A stretch of DNA of 52,888 bases from positions 1-52,888 of the forward strand of contig CAWGVG010000054.1 of the NCBI GenBank assembly GCA_963825865.1, read 5' to 3'. Source of the stretch: an uncultured Nitrososphaeraceae archaeon (GTDB taxonomy: Archaea; Thermoproteota; Nitrososphaeria; Nitrososphaerales; Nitrososphaeraceae). The notes under the pieces were generated by a model, which saw nothing but the letters and a program-made list of their open reading frames with translations, did not search any database and was not told where the DNA came from. Both the position numbers and the translations under genes were made by a program. This document shows, one piece after another, positions 12,228-22,866 of this stretch. Position 1 is the stretch's first letter. Each line of letters opens with the position of its first letter.

Positions 12228-12265
12228 CTAAATATGCTAATTTCTGAGTTTACATGCAACTACTA
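12228..12265. promoter_or_regulatory. Operator copy upstream of response regulator
   Basis: CTAAATATGCT-N16-TGCAAC; AT-rich TATA-like box 7 bp away; ATG 48 bp from the proximal half-site. Confidence 0.6.
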
Positions 12266-12496
12266 CCACTAACTTGAGTAAATGGATTCAAGGATTAAAT
12301 GATGACACAATTATTGCTCAAATATGCAAATTAGATATGATACAGGCATTATTGGCGTAATGTGAAAGATAACCTACATGTATTATTGAATATACTGTAC
12401 CTAATGATACTGAATACTGGTAACAAATGTGTATAACATAAGTATTTTGCATCTTTGAAAGCGCATATATGTACAACATTACAAAATGATAAGATA

Positions 12497-12842
12497 ATGT
12501 CATACACAAAACTTTATCTGGCAATTGCAGGGTTGATGACAATGCTAGTGACTACAGCCATTGTTACTAATCCTATAAAAATTGCAAATGCACAAGAACC
12601 AACAACACGACACTGCGACTGCAAATCAAACCGAAATAAATGTAGACCAGAAAATAAATGAGCTGAAGGCAAAGTTTCCAGAATTAAGTTCACTTCAAGG
12701 AACTGAAGTGAAGGATTTAATTCAAAAAGTATTAAGTTTGGACAAACAACAAGCACTCAAGACATTAGCGGCCTTTCACATTCTAAGAAATCTGCAGGAA
12801 TATAGAGAGCTTTCCTCAGGAGGTACCAATAGCACTGGTTGA
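12497..12842 (+). CDS. Secreted small protein, copy 1 (frameshifted)
   Basis: Signal peptide MSYTKLYLAIAGLMTMLVTTAIVTNPIKIANAQ; paralogue at 38041 reads through without the shift. Confidence 0.75.
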
Positions 12843-13224
12843 TAACCTTTTGAGCGAGATAGAGGAAATGGGGAGGGGCCAACTGTTTCAATACTAGTTA
12901 TCTGTCATGTCAGATAACGGTGACAGTGATAGCTGTGCCATTATTCTTTGACCTGCAAATTGGGCTGATGTTCATCTATATGAGCGCCCCTCTCTCCTAT
13001 ATTACCGCTTTGTCTATTAAATTACCATAATTATTCAGAATATCGTAGTAGACTGTTTGTAACCACACACAGGACTTTTATGATAAGTTCTTTTTGATAA
13101 TATAATGATGACTCGTCGTTTTTCCTAATTCTTAACATATAAAATCTTTATACTCCATTAAAATGTATATGCAAATTTTGCATGTTTTATTGTCATTCAG
13201 ATCACAATATTGACATTTTATACG

Positions 13225-13262
13225 CCAAATATGCATATTTTTGATAACTTTTGCATACTCTT
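13225..13262. promoter_or_regulatory. Operator copy upstream of Cys-rich four-helix gene
   Basis: CCAAATATGCA-N16-TGCATAC; also at 38766-38803. Confidence 0.75.
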
Positions 13263-13292
13263 ATATACTATAGTCTCTGAGGTAATAGTGAA

Positions 13293-13661
13293 ATGAGTAG
13301 TACTAAAACAAATATTACCAAACTTCAAAACCCAAAATATCAAACGTGCGTAGACGCTTGCAATAACTGTTGTGAAGCATGTGAGGCTTGCTGTACAGCC
13401 TGTCTTATGGATCAGAAGAATGTAAGCATGACTACAAGATGTATGATGATGATGCGTGACTGTATAGATATGTGTATGACTGCATCTTGCTTTATGTCAA
13501 GAGGAAGCGAGAATGTAAAACAGGTATGCAATATGTGTGCAGATATATGCGAAGCATGTGCTATGGAATGCGAAAAATTACAAGACAAAATGGAAGAGTG
13601 TAGACAATGCGCTCAAGCATGTAGAATGTGTGCACAAGAATGTAGGAATATGACAAGATAA
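13293..13661 (+). CDS. Cys-rich four-helix-bundle protein (DUF326/Csp3/YhjQ-like copper-storage family)
   Basis: 22 Cys in CxxxC/CxxC spacing over 122 aa, no signal peptide. Confidence 0.88.
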   Translation: MSSTKTNITKLQNPKYQTCVDACNNCCEACEACCTACLMDQKNVSMTTRCMMMMRDCIDMCMTASCFMSRGSENVKQVCNMCADICEACAMECEKLQDKMEECRQCAQACRMCAQECRNMTR

Positions 13662-13813
13662 GATAGATAAGAAATTCTATTTTTTTTTTCACATACATAT
13701 TTTTATTTTAATTTTTTCTTGTAAATCTACTATTATGATGTAAATACATAATCTTTTTATCACTCCTATCATTATGCAAGTTTTCTGGATAGATCGACTT
13801 AGGAGCGTTTTGA

Positions 13814-14114
13814 TTAAGGCATTGGATCTAATATCATTTTCAAATATGCTATTTCAGACTCTATAGCCTTTTTCTCAATTTCGTCATCAATATTGTAATC
13901 TGTGGGATATTTTAAGAGCCTTTCACATGCATTTAATTCTTCAAATATGATATCTCTTTTATCAAGGCATAAGCTATGGTATGAATCAACAAACGAGTAA
14001 GTAACTTTCTTAGTAATATTGCCTTTCTTACACCCGCACATTTTTGCAATAATTGAGGAGGGTTGTTCTGTTTCAATGACATTCAATTCTTCTTCTTTTC
14101 ATCTCCATCATCAT
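13814..14114 (-). CDS. Conserved hypothetical small protein (KMCGC motif), copy 1
   Basis: Duplicated at 39436 with conserved frame; has TATA plus degenerate operator at 14170-14221. Confidence 0.7.
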
Positions 14115-14720
14115 GTCTACTATCAACAGTATTACCTGTCAGCATTCATCAGCAATATACACATCTCTACAATATAACTACATGCAAATACGTGATCTAA
14201 ACCTGAAACATGCATTTTTTGCATAGTCTTAATGTTATGTTATTTTTTGTGACCCTTTATAATAAAGCAATTTCATAGCGAACCATCACAAATATCTAAA
14301 TTCCAGAATACAAAGTAATAGAACATTAGAGTATAACATTTGTGTTAGTGGAATCGATTCATCAATACTATTTTTAGAAGATAGAACGGCTTTAAGAAAA
14401 GCAATCTCTGCGTCTGACTGAATTTTACTTCCTTTTTGTTTGATTATCGTCAAGTTCTATATTGTATACCGATTAACATAAATTCACTAACACTTTGCTA
14501 ATATTTTGAGTTGAAATACGTCGATAGTTGTTGGCGAACTTTTGTTAACTGGTATAGTATGCACGCTATAACAACAACCAAACTGTATAATTAATGGTTA
14601 CATGGAATGTGCAATAAACTTACTTCAATTAAACAAACTAATATTAGACTTCTCTACCCCTTGTTTTGGATAATTTTTAAATATAATTGGCCATCATTTT
14701 TCCCTCTTTTGTAGGACAGG

Positions 14721-15784
14721 AGACCTGTTGCGTAATTGAAGGCTTACAGCTATATTTTACGTCTTACAGCATTCATTCGGTGATGCTGTCTTGATGTCTT
14801 ATGCTAGACTATCTAAGAGGTCTTTGTTATTTAGATCATTTACTGGACTTGAAATATCAGAATTTGATGTTATTGCCAAAGATATAGAATCAAAAGATGA
14901 TGAGCATGAAAGAAAGCGTCTTTCCAATAGGAAAAGAGAAAGGAAAGTAGGTGCGGGTAGACCATTCAAACTAAAAGTTAAAGAAAGGTTCTTGATACTT
15001 TTAGTGTATTATAGGCTGTACATAACGTATACACTTTCAGGATTTCTGTTCGATCTTGACCAGAGTAATATCTGCAGAGATATATCTATGCTTGAACCAC
15101 TTGTCAAACTGTGTATCCCATTGCCAAAGAAGTTGTATAAACGTACAAGAAGACTTAGAACTATAGATGAAGTAGAAGAAGGACTTTCCCGGTTTCAAAG
15201 CATTTATTGACTCTTCCGAACAAGAGATCCCAAGACCAAAGAACAAGAAGAAGGAGAAAGAGCTATTACTCTGGCAAAAAGAAGAAACATACTGTAAAGA
15301 CACAATATATGGTAAACAGTGAGGGGACCATACTGCACAAAACAGGTCATGATCGGGGAAGAATACATGATTATGAGATTTTCAAAAAGAAACATCCTAC
15401 AACAACTCCACCGCAAGTTGAGAATGTATTTGATTTTGGGTACATGGGAATTGAGAATGACTTTCCCACTGTAAAGTCTGTGCTTCCAGTTAGAAAGAAA
15501 AGGAAAAGTGAACTCTCAGATGAAGAAAAGAAACACAATAGAAAGCATTCCAAGCTAAGGGTAATAGTCGAGCATACTGTGAGCAGAATTAAAAAGTTCG
15601 GAATAACGGGTACTATTCTTAGAAATAAGCTTGTAAGATATGATCATGCTTCTGACATTGTTTCAGGACTAGTAAATTTCAGGATAATGCGAACCAATGG
15701 AATGATGTTACTTTAGAAAGCAAGCAAGCCAAAGTTAAGTATCATAAAGAGATTTTCTTTCTTTCGTAATTACGCAATAGGTCT
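14721..15784 (+). mobile_element. ISL2-type IS copy 2
   Basis: TIRs AGACCTGTTGCGTAATT / AATTACGCAATAGGTCT; transposase ORFs 14791-15210 and 15207-15716; flanks AGG/AAT do not match. Confidence 0.93.
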
Positions 15785-16190
15785 AATCTATAATAAGTAT
15801 GCGACATGAGTAACGCCTTCCATTTTATCGCACTTATTGCATATCCATGTGATATGCTCTTTGCAAATATTGCAGACTGATATCAGAATTAGATGTGTTC
15901 CACATGCTCTACAAGGGACATTTCTTAGAAAGTCATAAAACTATCTATCAAAAAAAACGAATGATCTTATTGAGAAAATTATTTTCCTTTGCTATTATTA
16001 CATTTAGTGTAGTTGTTATGACGCTTTTTAGTTGATGTGGCATAATCATATTATGAAGTATAATTATATGTGTTGTGTGTTATATTACTGCTGTCACACA
16101 GTATTTTGAAATGATATGTGCAAACATCCAATGCGAGACTGCTAATTTGCATATTCGATTATATAACTTACTTTGAAACTATGCTAAGGT

Positions 16191-16236
16191 TGCATTGTGT
16201 TTGTTAAAAATTGCATATTTGAAGTGGCTTATATCA
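16191..16236 (+). promoter_or_regulatory. Operator plus TATA in front of a decayed ORF starting at 16260
   Basis: TGCA-N17-TGCATATTTG, 7 bp, TTATATCA; ATG 48 bp downstream but the frame has several stops. Confidence 0.6.
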
Positions 16237-16787
16237 TACACTTTGTATCATATACACTAATGTCTGCTGTTGCCAAAATATCATCACCAATAAGAAAAAT
16301 AGATAATGATGAGATATAGCTCACCGTAGCATCCCAAAGACCATCAAAAATTTTCATACAAACTAACACACAGGAGGATGACACATTATGTAAGTAAAAT
16401 GCATGAAGTGGAGATAATGATATAGAATAATGAAGAGGAATCAGGCCAACTGCTCCATGTATCACATACATTACCAGATAATAGTTGGAGGTAGCGTCAT
16501 TCATTATCTTCTTTAACCTGCGAATTAGGCATCATGTCACCTACACCATTCCTCATCTCTATTTTCCCCTGCGTTCGCTAAATTAGTATAATTATTTAAA
16601 CGTTATATATTTTCAACAACAACAAACACGAAAAATACCTTCTTTCTTTCCCTTTCGGTAGAATTCTTTATTTGTATTTTTATTTGTTAGTCAATATGAC
16701 AATAATCGCTATTTGCATGTCTAGCTATAATATATTTATATATATATATAAATTCAATATCTTTAGTATCAATCCTAGATTCAACAA

Positions 16788-16934
16788 TCATTGTTTCTTT
16801 CCTTGAAACTTATTCCAGTTTGGGCTTTTGCATTTAGCACAAGCAATAGGTGATTGTTTACTTTGCTTGTTTCTGGATATCCAAAGATGACCACAAATCT
16901 CACATCTGAAACCTTGAATTTGTATTATAGCCAT
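16788..16934 (-). CDS. 48 aa zinc-ribbon protein (not in ORF track)
   Basis: MAIIQIQGFRCEICGHLWISRNKQSKQSPIACAKCKSPNWNKFQGKKQ*. Confidence 0.8.
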   Translation of the reverse strand: MAIIQIQGFRCEICGHLWISRNKQSKQSPIACAKCKSPNWNKFQGKKQ

Positions 16935-16998
16935 TATAACAATATACCCTCACGAAATATCTATTAACACCACTATTAGATACATATTCCGCCGCAGA

Positions 16999-17262
16999 CT
17001 AGACACCGCATCGGCTCTCTATTATTATTCTACCTGTCCAGCAAAGAGGACAGCGTATATGTTCCTCGCCGGATATGCTGCCAAGCTTTCCAGATAAATC
17101 AAAGTAAGATACATGCCATGAACATGATTGGCATAGAAGGAAATATTTTTTATATACTAGCAATGTTTGTTTTTGATTATTAATGGCGGTAGATCCACTA
17201 TGCATTTGTTCTAATACTAAACCTTTTGTTTCTGCTTTCTCCATTTCTGGAACTATAGCCAT
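16999..17262 (-). CDS. Small Zn-finger protein (FLLCxSCxW...CPxC), copy 1
   Basis: Two CxxC pairs; near-identical copy at 37540, paralogue at 22203, interrupted copy at 28730-31279. Confidence 0.8.
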   Translation of the reverse strand: MAIVPEMEKAETKGLVLEQMHSGSTAINNQKQTLLVYKKYFLLCQSCSWHVSYFDLSGKLGSISGEEHIRCPLCWTGRIIIESRCGV

Positions 17263-17288
17263 ATTTCATACAAGATATAGTAGACTAG

Positions 17289-17340
17289 CAATATAACTAA
17301 ATCCAAATATGCAAAATAGATATGATACAGGCATTATTGG
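17289..17340 (-). promoter_or_regulatory. TATA plus operator of Zn-finger gene
   Basis: CAATATAA-N7-CAAATATGCA-N16-GGCATTATTGG; homologous copies at 12319, 31326-31377 and 37862-37899. Confidence 0.75.
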
Positions 17341-17604
17341 CGTAATGTGAAAGAGAACCTACATTATTATTGTATTGTATTGCATATTCCAAGTGCTGTT
17401 GATATTTGGGATATATTTTATAATGATTTGTACTTGTAATAATATTATTTTGTACTCTGGAGTGCTAGCAAGAGAATTGCTAGAATCAACCATAACCAAC
17501 AGCAACTGAGTAGTTGCCTTAGCATGGCCTGTACCTTATCCCATTTTTAAAAATATATATAAATTAATGGGTGCTCTTGATTTGTCTTCGTATATCCAAT
17601 TTAA

Positions 17605-17772
17605 TTAAATCCTAGATTTGTGATTATTTTTGTCGCAAGAGCAGGAAAAACCACGACATTGACTATGGTTCCCTTGCGTGCAATATCCACATATTGTTCT
17701 GAAATCTGATGCTCCATCCGTACCTATAAAGCCATCATCTTTATCCAATGGTATATCTGAATCATCTTTCAT
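17605..17772 (-). CDS. 55 aa Cys/His metal-binding protein (not in ORF track)
   Basis: MKDDSDIPLDKDDGFIGTDGASDFRTICGYCTQGNHSQCRGFSCSCDKNNHKSRI*. Confidence 0.7.
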   Translation of the reverse strand: MKDDSDIPLDKDDGFIGTDGASDFRTICGYCTQGNHSQCRGFSCSCDKNNHKSRI

Positions 17773-17889
17773 TAAATCAATCGTCTATTGAACGATGAAT
17801 CTAATAAATATTGTTTGTATAGATTCTTGCATACTAGCCGCTATTACTACTGCTGCTAATAAGAGATGTATTAAAAACGCTTCATGTAG

Positions 17890-18164
17890 TGAATGAAATT
17901 ATTTGAATTGCAGTTCTTATGGCGTTAGGCCTAGAGTTGATCTCGTGCTTCATTGCTATGATATAGTTGGAAATTGTCAATGCATTTTCGTTTGATATCC
18001 TGTTCCTATCTTTCAGGATTAACTCGCAAAACTTGTTAGTTGGAGCAAAACCATCAGTTGCTAAACTAATCTTCCTTCGTATTTCAAGAATCCAACACCT
18101 TTCATAGCAATAGCAGTTAATATGTCTGCTGCTACTGACTTGTTGTTTGATCTCCTAGTCATCA
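17890..18164 (-). pseudogene. N-terminal remnant of a Nitrososphaeraceae-type integrase
   Basis: RKISLATDGFAPTNKFCELILKDRNRISNENALTISNYIIAMKHEIN, recognised from memory as an integrase N-terminus; no catalytic domain follows. Confidence 0.55.
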
Positions 18165-18350
18165 TAGTAGTAAGTCTTAATAGATAAAAGACTACCTAAT
18201 AATACTTTACAATAGACAGTATTTCTGTTATATATAATATCCGACTATAGTTTGACTTGTATATACAATTCTTACAATTACACATTCTTTTCAATTTGTA
18301 ATACTGTTTTATTAGCATTGGGATTCTAATGAAATCTTGGAGTAGACAGT

Positions 18351-19417
18351 AGACCTGTTGCGTAATTGAAAGCTTACAGCTATATTTTACGTTGTACAGC
18401 ATTCATTGGGTGATGCTGTCTTGATGTCTTATACAAGATTATCGAAGAAACCTTTGCTATTTAGATCATTTACTGGACTTGAAATATTAGAATTTAATGA
18501 TTATCTATGCATGGAAATAGAATCAAAATACAATGCTACATGAAAGGAAGAGACTTTGTAAAAGGAAAAGACAAAGAGATAGTAGGTGCAGGTAGACCAT
18601 TCAAGCTGAAAGTCAAAGAAAGATTCTTGATGCTTTTAGTCTATTACAGACTGTACATAACATATACACTTTCAGGATTTTTGTTTGATCTTGACCAAAG
18701 CAACGTCTATAGAGATATTTCTATAATCGAACCTCTGGTTAAACGGTGTATCCCATTGCCAAAGAAATTGTATAAACCATACAAAGAAGAAGGCTTAGAA
18801 CCATAGATGAAGTTGAAGAGTACTTTCCAGGTTTCAAGGCATTTATAGACTCTACTGAACAGGAGATACCAAGGCCAAAGAACAAAAGAAGAAGGAAGAG
18901 CTACTATTCGGGTAAAAAGAAGAAACATACTGTAAAAACACAATATATGGTAAACAGTGAAGGTTTGATACTACAGAAAACAGATCATAAGAGAGGAAGA
19001 AAACATGATTATGAGATTTTCAAAAATAAACATCCTACGACTCCATTACAAGTTGAAAATGTCTTTGACCTTGGGTATATGGGAGTTCAGAATGATTTTC
19101 CCACTGTAAAGTCTGTACTGCCATTTAGAAAGAAAAGGGAAAAGTGAACTCTCAGATGAAGAAAAAAGTCACAATAGAAAGCATTCCAAACTAAGGGTAA
19201 TAGTCGAACATACGGTAAGCAGAATTAAAAAGTTTGGGATAATGGGTACTAAATTTAGAAACAAGCTTGGAAGATACGATCGTGCTTCTGATATAGTTTC
19301 AGGACTGATAAATTTCAGAATAATGATGCGAACTAATAATAGGGTGTTACTCTAACAGAACAGGATTAAGACTGAACCATCATAAAGAGATTTTCTTTCG
19401 TAATTACGCAATAGTCT
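18351..19417 (+). mobile_element. ISL2-type IS copy 3, 3 bp TSD AGT
   Basis: Both TIRs present; AGT on both flanks; transposase fragmented. Confidence 0.93.
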
Positions 19418-19516
19418 AGTATTGTTTGTACAACATATCGATTTATTATACTCTAAGAGTCAACAACCACTGTGAGATGCTAAAACATCAACAATGTATG
19501 GAAGCAGCATGGTTAA

Positions 19517-21828
19517 TTAATTTTCTTTTGACCGTAAAACATTGAGAGCTGAACCTGCACGAAACCATTCTATTTGTGATTTGTTATAAGAATGATGTAA
19601 GTTTATCTCTTCCCTCGTTCCATCGTTGTGGTGCAAGTAACACACTACAGTCATTCCAGGTTGGAGGCCTTGAAGTCCTACTATACTTATTCTGTCATCT
19701 TCCATTATTTTATCATATTCGTGTGCATTCTCAAAAGTCAAGGCAAGTACACCTTGTTTTTTAAGATTGGTTTCATGTATTCTTGCAAAACTTTTTGCAA
19801 TAACGGCAGCACATCCAAGATATCTAGGAGTCATAGGCAGCATGTTCTCTGCTACTTCCTTCGCCATAGTTTTGGTCCCCTACAATAATCCATTTCAGAC
19901 CTTTTTGTTTATACTCTCTGGCTATATGCGGAAATGACTCAATTTCGCCGGTAAGAATATTTTTACCATTTCCTACTCCTCCTGTGTAAGCATTAACTGC
20001 ACCAAGAAGCAAGTTGTCACTAATCTTGTCAATATGACCTCTGTACATTAACCATGCCCCTGCAGGAGAGATATGATCTGTGGTACACTTTCCTTTCACC
20101 TTTGAAAGTATTGGGAGATTTTGATAATCATTTCCATCCCATTGAGTGAACGGTTCGAGCTTCTGCAATCTGCTACTGTTTTTGTTTATTATTACATCAA
20201 TACTATCAGGATCATCAGATGGTGGGACATAAACATCCTTGACATTTTTGAAACCATCTTCAGGAACCTCCGGTGCCACCTTAGGAGGATCTAACTTAAA
20301 TTTTGTTCCATCATTTGCAGTTAACTCGTCAGTAAAAGGATTAAATGATAGCCTTCCGCCAAGCGCTAAAGCTATAACGATTTCTGGGCTACCAATAAAA
20401 TTCATTGTCTCCCTTCTTCCATCATTTCTCCCCTGGAAAGTTTCTGTTGTATGATGTGACGATAGTATTTGGTTCTCCTTTTTTCAACTCTGGCCTGCTC
20501 CACTGACCTATACATGGACCACATGCATTTGCAAGAACAGTGGCACCAATTGCCTTCATGGACTCCATCTGTCCATCTCGTTCAATCGTCGCTCTTACCA
20601 TTTCAGAACCAGGGGTTACAAGAAGCGGTACTTTTATTTTTACTCCTTTTGATTTAGCTTGTTCTGCAATGCTTGCTGCACGTGACATATCTTCGTAAGA
20701 AGAATTTGTACAGGATCCAATGAGCGCAACTGAAATTTTATCAAGGTAATCGTTCTTTTTCACATCTTCTGCCATTTGGGATATCGACCGTGCAAGATCT
20801 GGAGTGTGAGGTCCTACGACGTGGGGTTCTAGTTCAGAAAGATTAACTTTAATTAACTGATCGAAATATTTTTTTCTTGAATTCTTTTCTTCTATTTCAG
20901 CAGCTATTTCTTGTTCTATTTCATAATCTTCAGTTAATAGTTCAATATGTTCATTTGCAAGATCAGCTATACTACTGCGGCCAGTTGCTCTAAGGTAGGT
21001 ATCCATTCTCTTATCGTATTGGAATATAGAACATGTAGCACCAAGCTCAGCTCCCATATTTGTTATCGTTGCCTTTCCAGTACAGCTAATTGATTTTGAA
21101 CCAGGCCCAAAGTATTCTATTATTGCGTTTGTACCACCAGACACAGTAAGCTTTGAAGCAACATACAGTATGATATCTTTAGGAGCAGTCCAACTGTTGA
21201 GATTTCCTGTCAGGTATACACCAATGCGCTTTGGATACAAAAGCTCCCATGGCATTCCAGCCATTGTTTCAGCTGCATCTAAGCCTCCAACACCTATTGC
21301 AGCCATTCCAAGGCCTCCTGCGTTTGGTGTGTGTGAATCAGTTCCTATCATTAGACCGCCTGGAAATGCATAGTTTTCAAGTACTACCTGATGTATGATT
21401 CCAGCACCAGGCTTCCAGAATCCAATACCGTATTTTCTTGATGCAGATTCTAAGAACTTGTAAACTTCATTGTTTTCATAAATGGCAGCCTTTGTATCAG
21501 ATTCACCTTCAACTCGTGCTTGTATTAGATGATCACAATGAACTGTAGTTGGAAAAGCAGCTCGTTTTAGGCCTGCTTGCATAAATTGAAGAATTGTCAT
21601 CTGTCCAGTAACATCTTGTAATGCTACTCTGTCTGGTTGTAAAAAGACATAACTTTTGCCTGGTTGTGGTTCGTTTTTTTTATCTATATCAACAAGATGC
21701 CCTATTAAGATTTTTTCACTTAATGTAAGCGGCCTATTAACAATTTTTCTAAATTCTGAAATATTATTTTCTAATTTTTTATAAGTTGCGTAAACTAGCT
21801 CTGGAGTTGTTGCTATTTGATTATTCAA
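19517..21828 (-). CDS. acnA: Aconitate hydratase (three ORF pieces)
   Basis: [72 protein letters not shown]. Confidence 0.95.
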
Positions 21829-22202
21829 TATACGATGTCACCATAGTTATTCATAAACCTGTTAATTACTATTCTTTTTCATTTTATTATTCTTTCCCAA
21901 TAGGATATACGATTACTACTAGAAAAGATATAGCTCACGATGGCAATCATCAAGAGAAAATCAGCAGATAAGAATACAAGACTAAGATCCTAAGGATGGA
22001 AAAGAATGTGCTATACCATTTATAGATATATTGAACGGTTCGTCTGCATTACATTCCTGCTTATTATTATTATCATATTTCTTATTGACATTTATTGGAG
22101 ACAATTGAAAGATAGTTTTCTGCTTGATCGACATGATTTGCAAGGCTCTTTATCATACCCCATGTCATTTAAAAAACTCCAATATAACTCCACGAGTTGA
22201 TA

Positions 22203-22517
22203 TTAGTCGAATTTGTAATGCGCATTGTGTGGAATTGGTAATGACTCTATTTTGTCATTTTTGCAAATTGGACATTTTGTTATTAGTGTGCTAGATGTAA
22301 GAACACTATTTTTATTACTATTACTACCATCGGACATAATAACATGGGATGCGCACCAAAAACATGAGCGGCAAAGTAAAAAATGTATTTGTTGCAAATA
22401 TATTAATCTGTCAGTCTTTTGTGTCGCATTACTTTGTCTTCTTTTGATGTTTTGCAAATCAACAGTTTGTTGTTGCATCTCTTCTTTTTTTGAAGATATT
22501 GTTTCTATTATAGACAC
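22203..22517 (-). CDS. Small Zn-finger protein, paralogue of 16999
   Basis: HFLLCRSCFWCAS...CPICK; promoter has CAATATAA-N7-TAAATATGCA-N16-CGCATGC (22541-22592). Confidence 0.75.
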   Translation of the reverse strand: MSIIETISSKKEEMQQQTVDLQNIKRRQSNATQKTDRLIYLQQIHFLLCRSCFWCASHVIMSDGSNSNKNSVLTSSTLITKCPICKNDKIESLPIPHNAHYKFD

Positions 22518-22866
22518 TATTAATTATATACAGAAACTAACAATATAAATAACTCTAAATATGCAAAATAGTTTCTCTATGCGCATGCTTTGCGTTTTAC
22601 AGAAATAATATTACTACAATTAATATGCCCTTATCCAAATATCCATAAATATTAACATGGAAAGTTAGTTCATTGCTTATTTAAAATCTAAAATGGCATA
22701 GTATCGCAATAATAACGATGATAAAAAAGCTGCAAAATAAAATAACCCAAAAATCTTCTCTAATCAAATGTTCAGATACTAAATCAAAGTTTTTCTTTTT
22801 TAACAATTTACTGATTTGCAATCTATTGGCAGAATTTTGATGTATTAACATGTCATTGTTAAACTA

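Larger units (their letters stand above)
12319..14720 (+). repeat. Segmental duplication, copy 1 (copy 2 at 37863-40247)
   Basis: Near-identical sequence covering three genes and intergenic DNA; both copies end at an IS left end. Confidence 0.95.
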
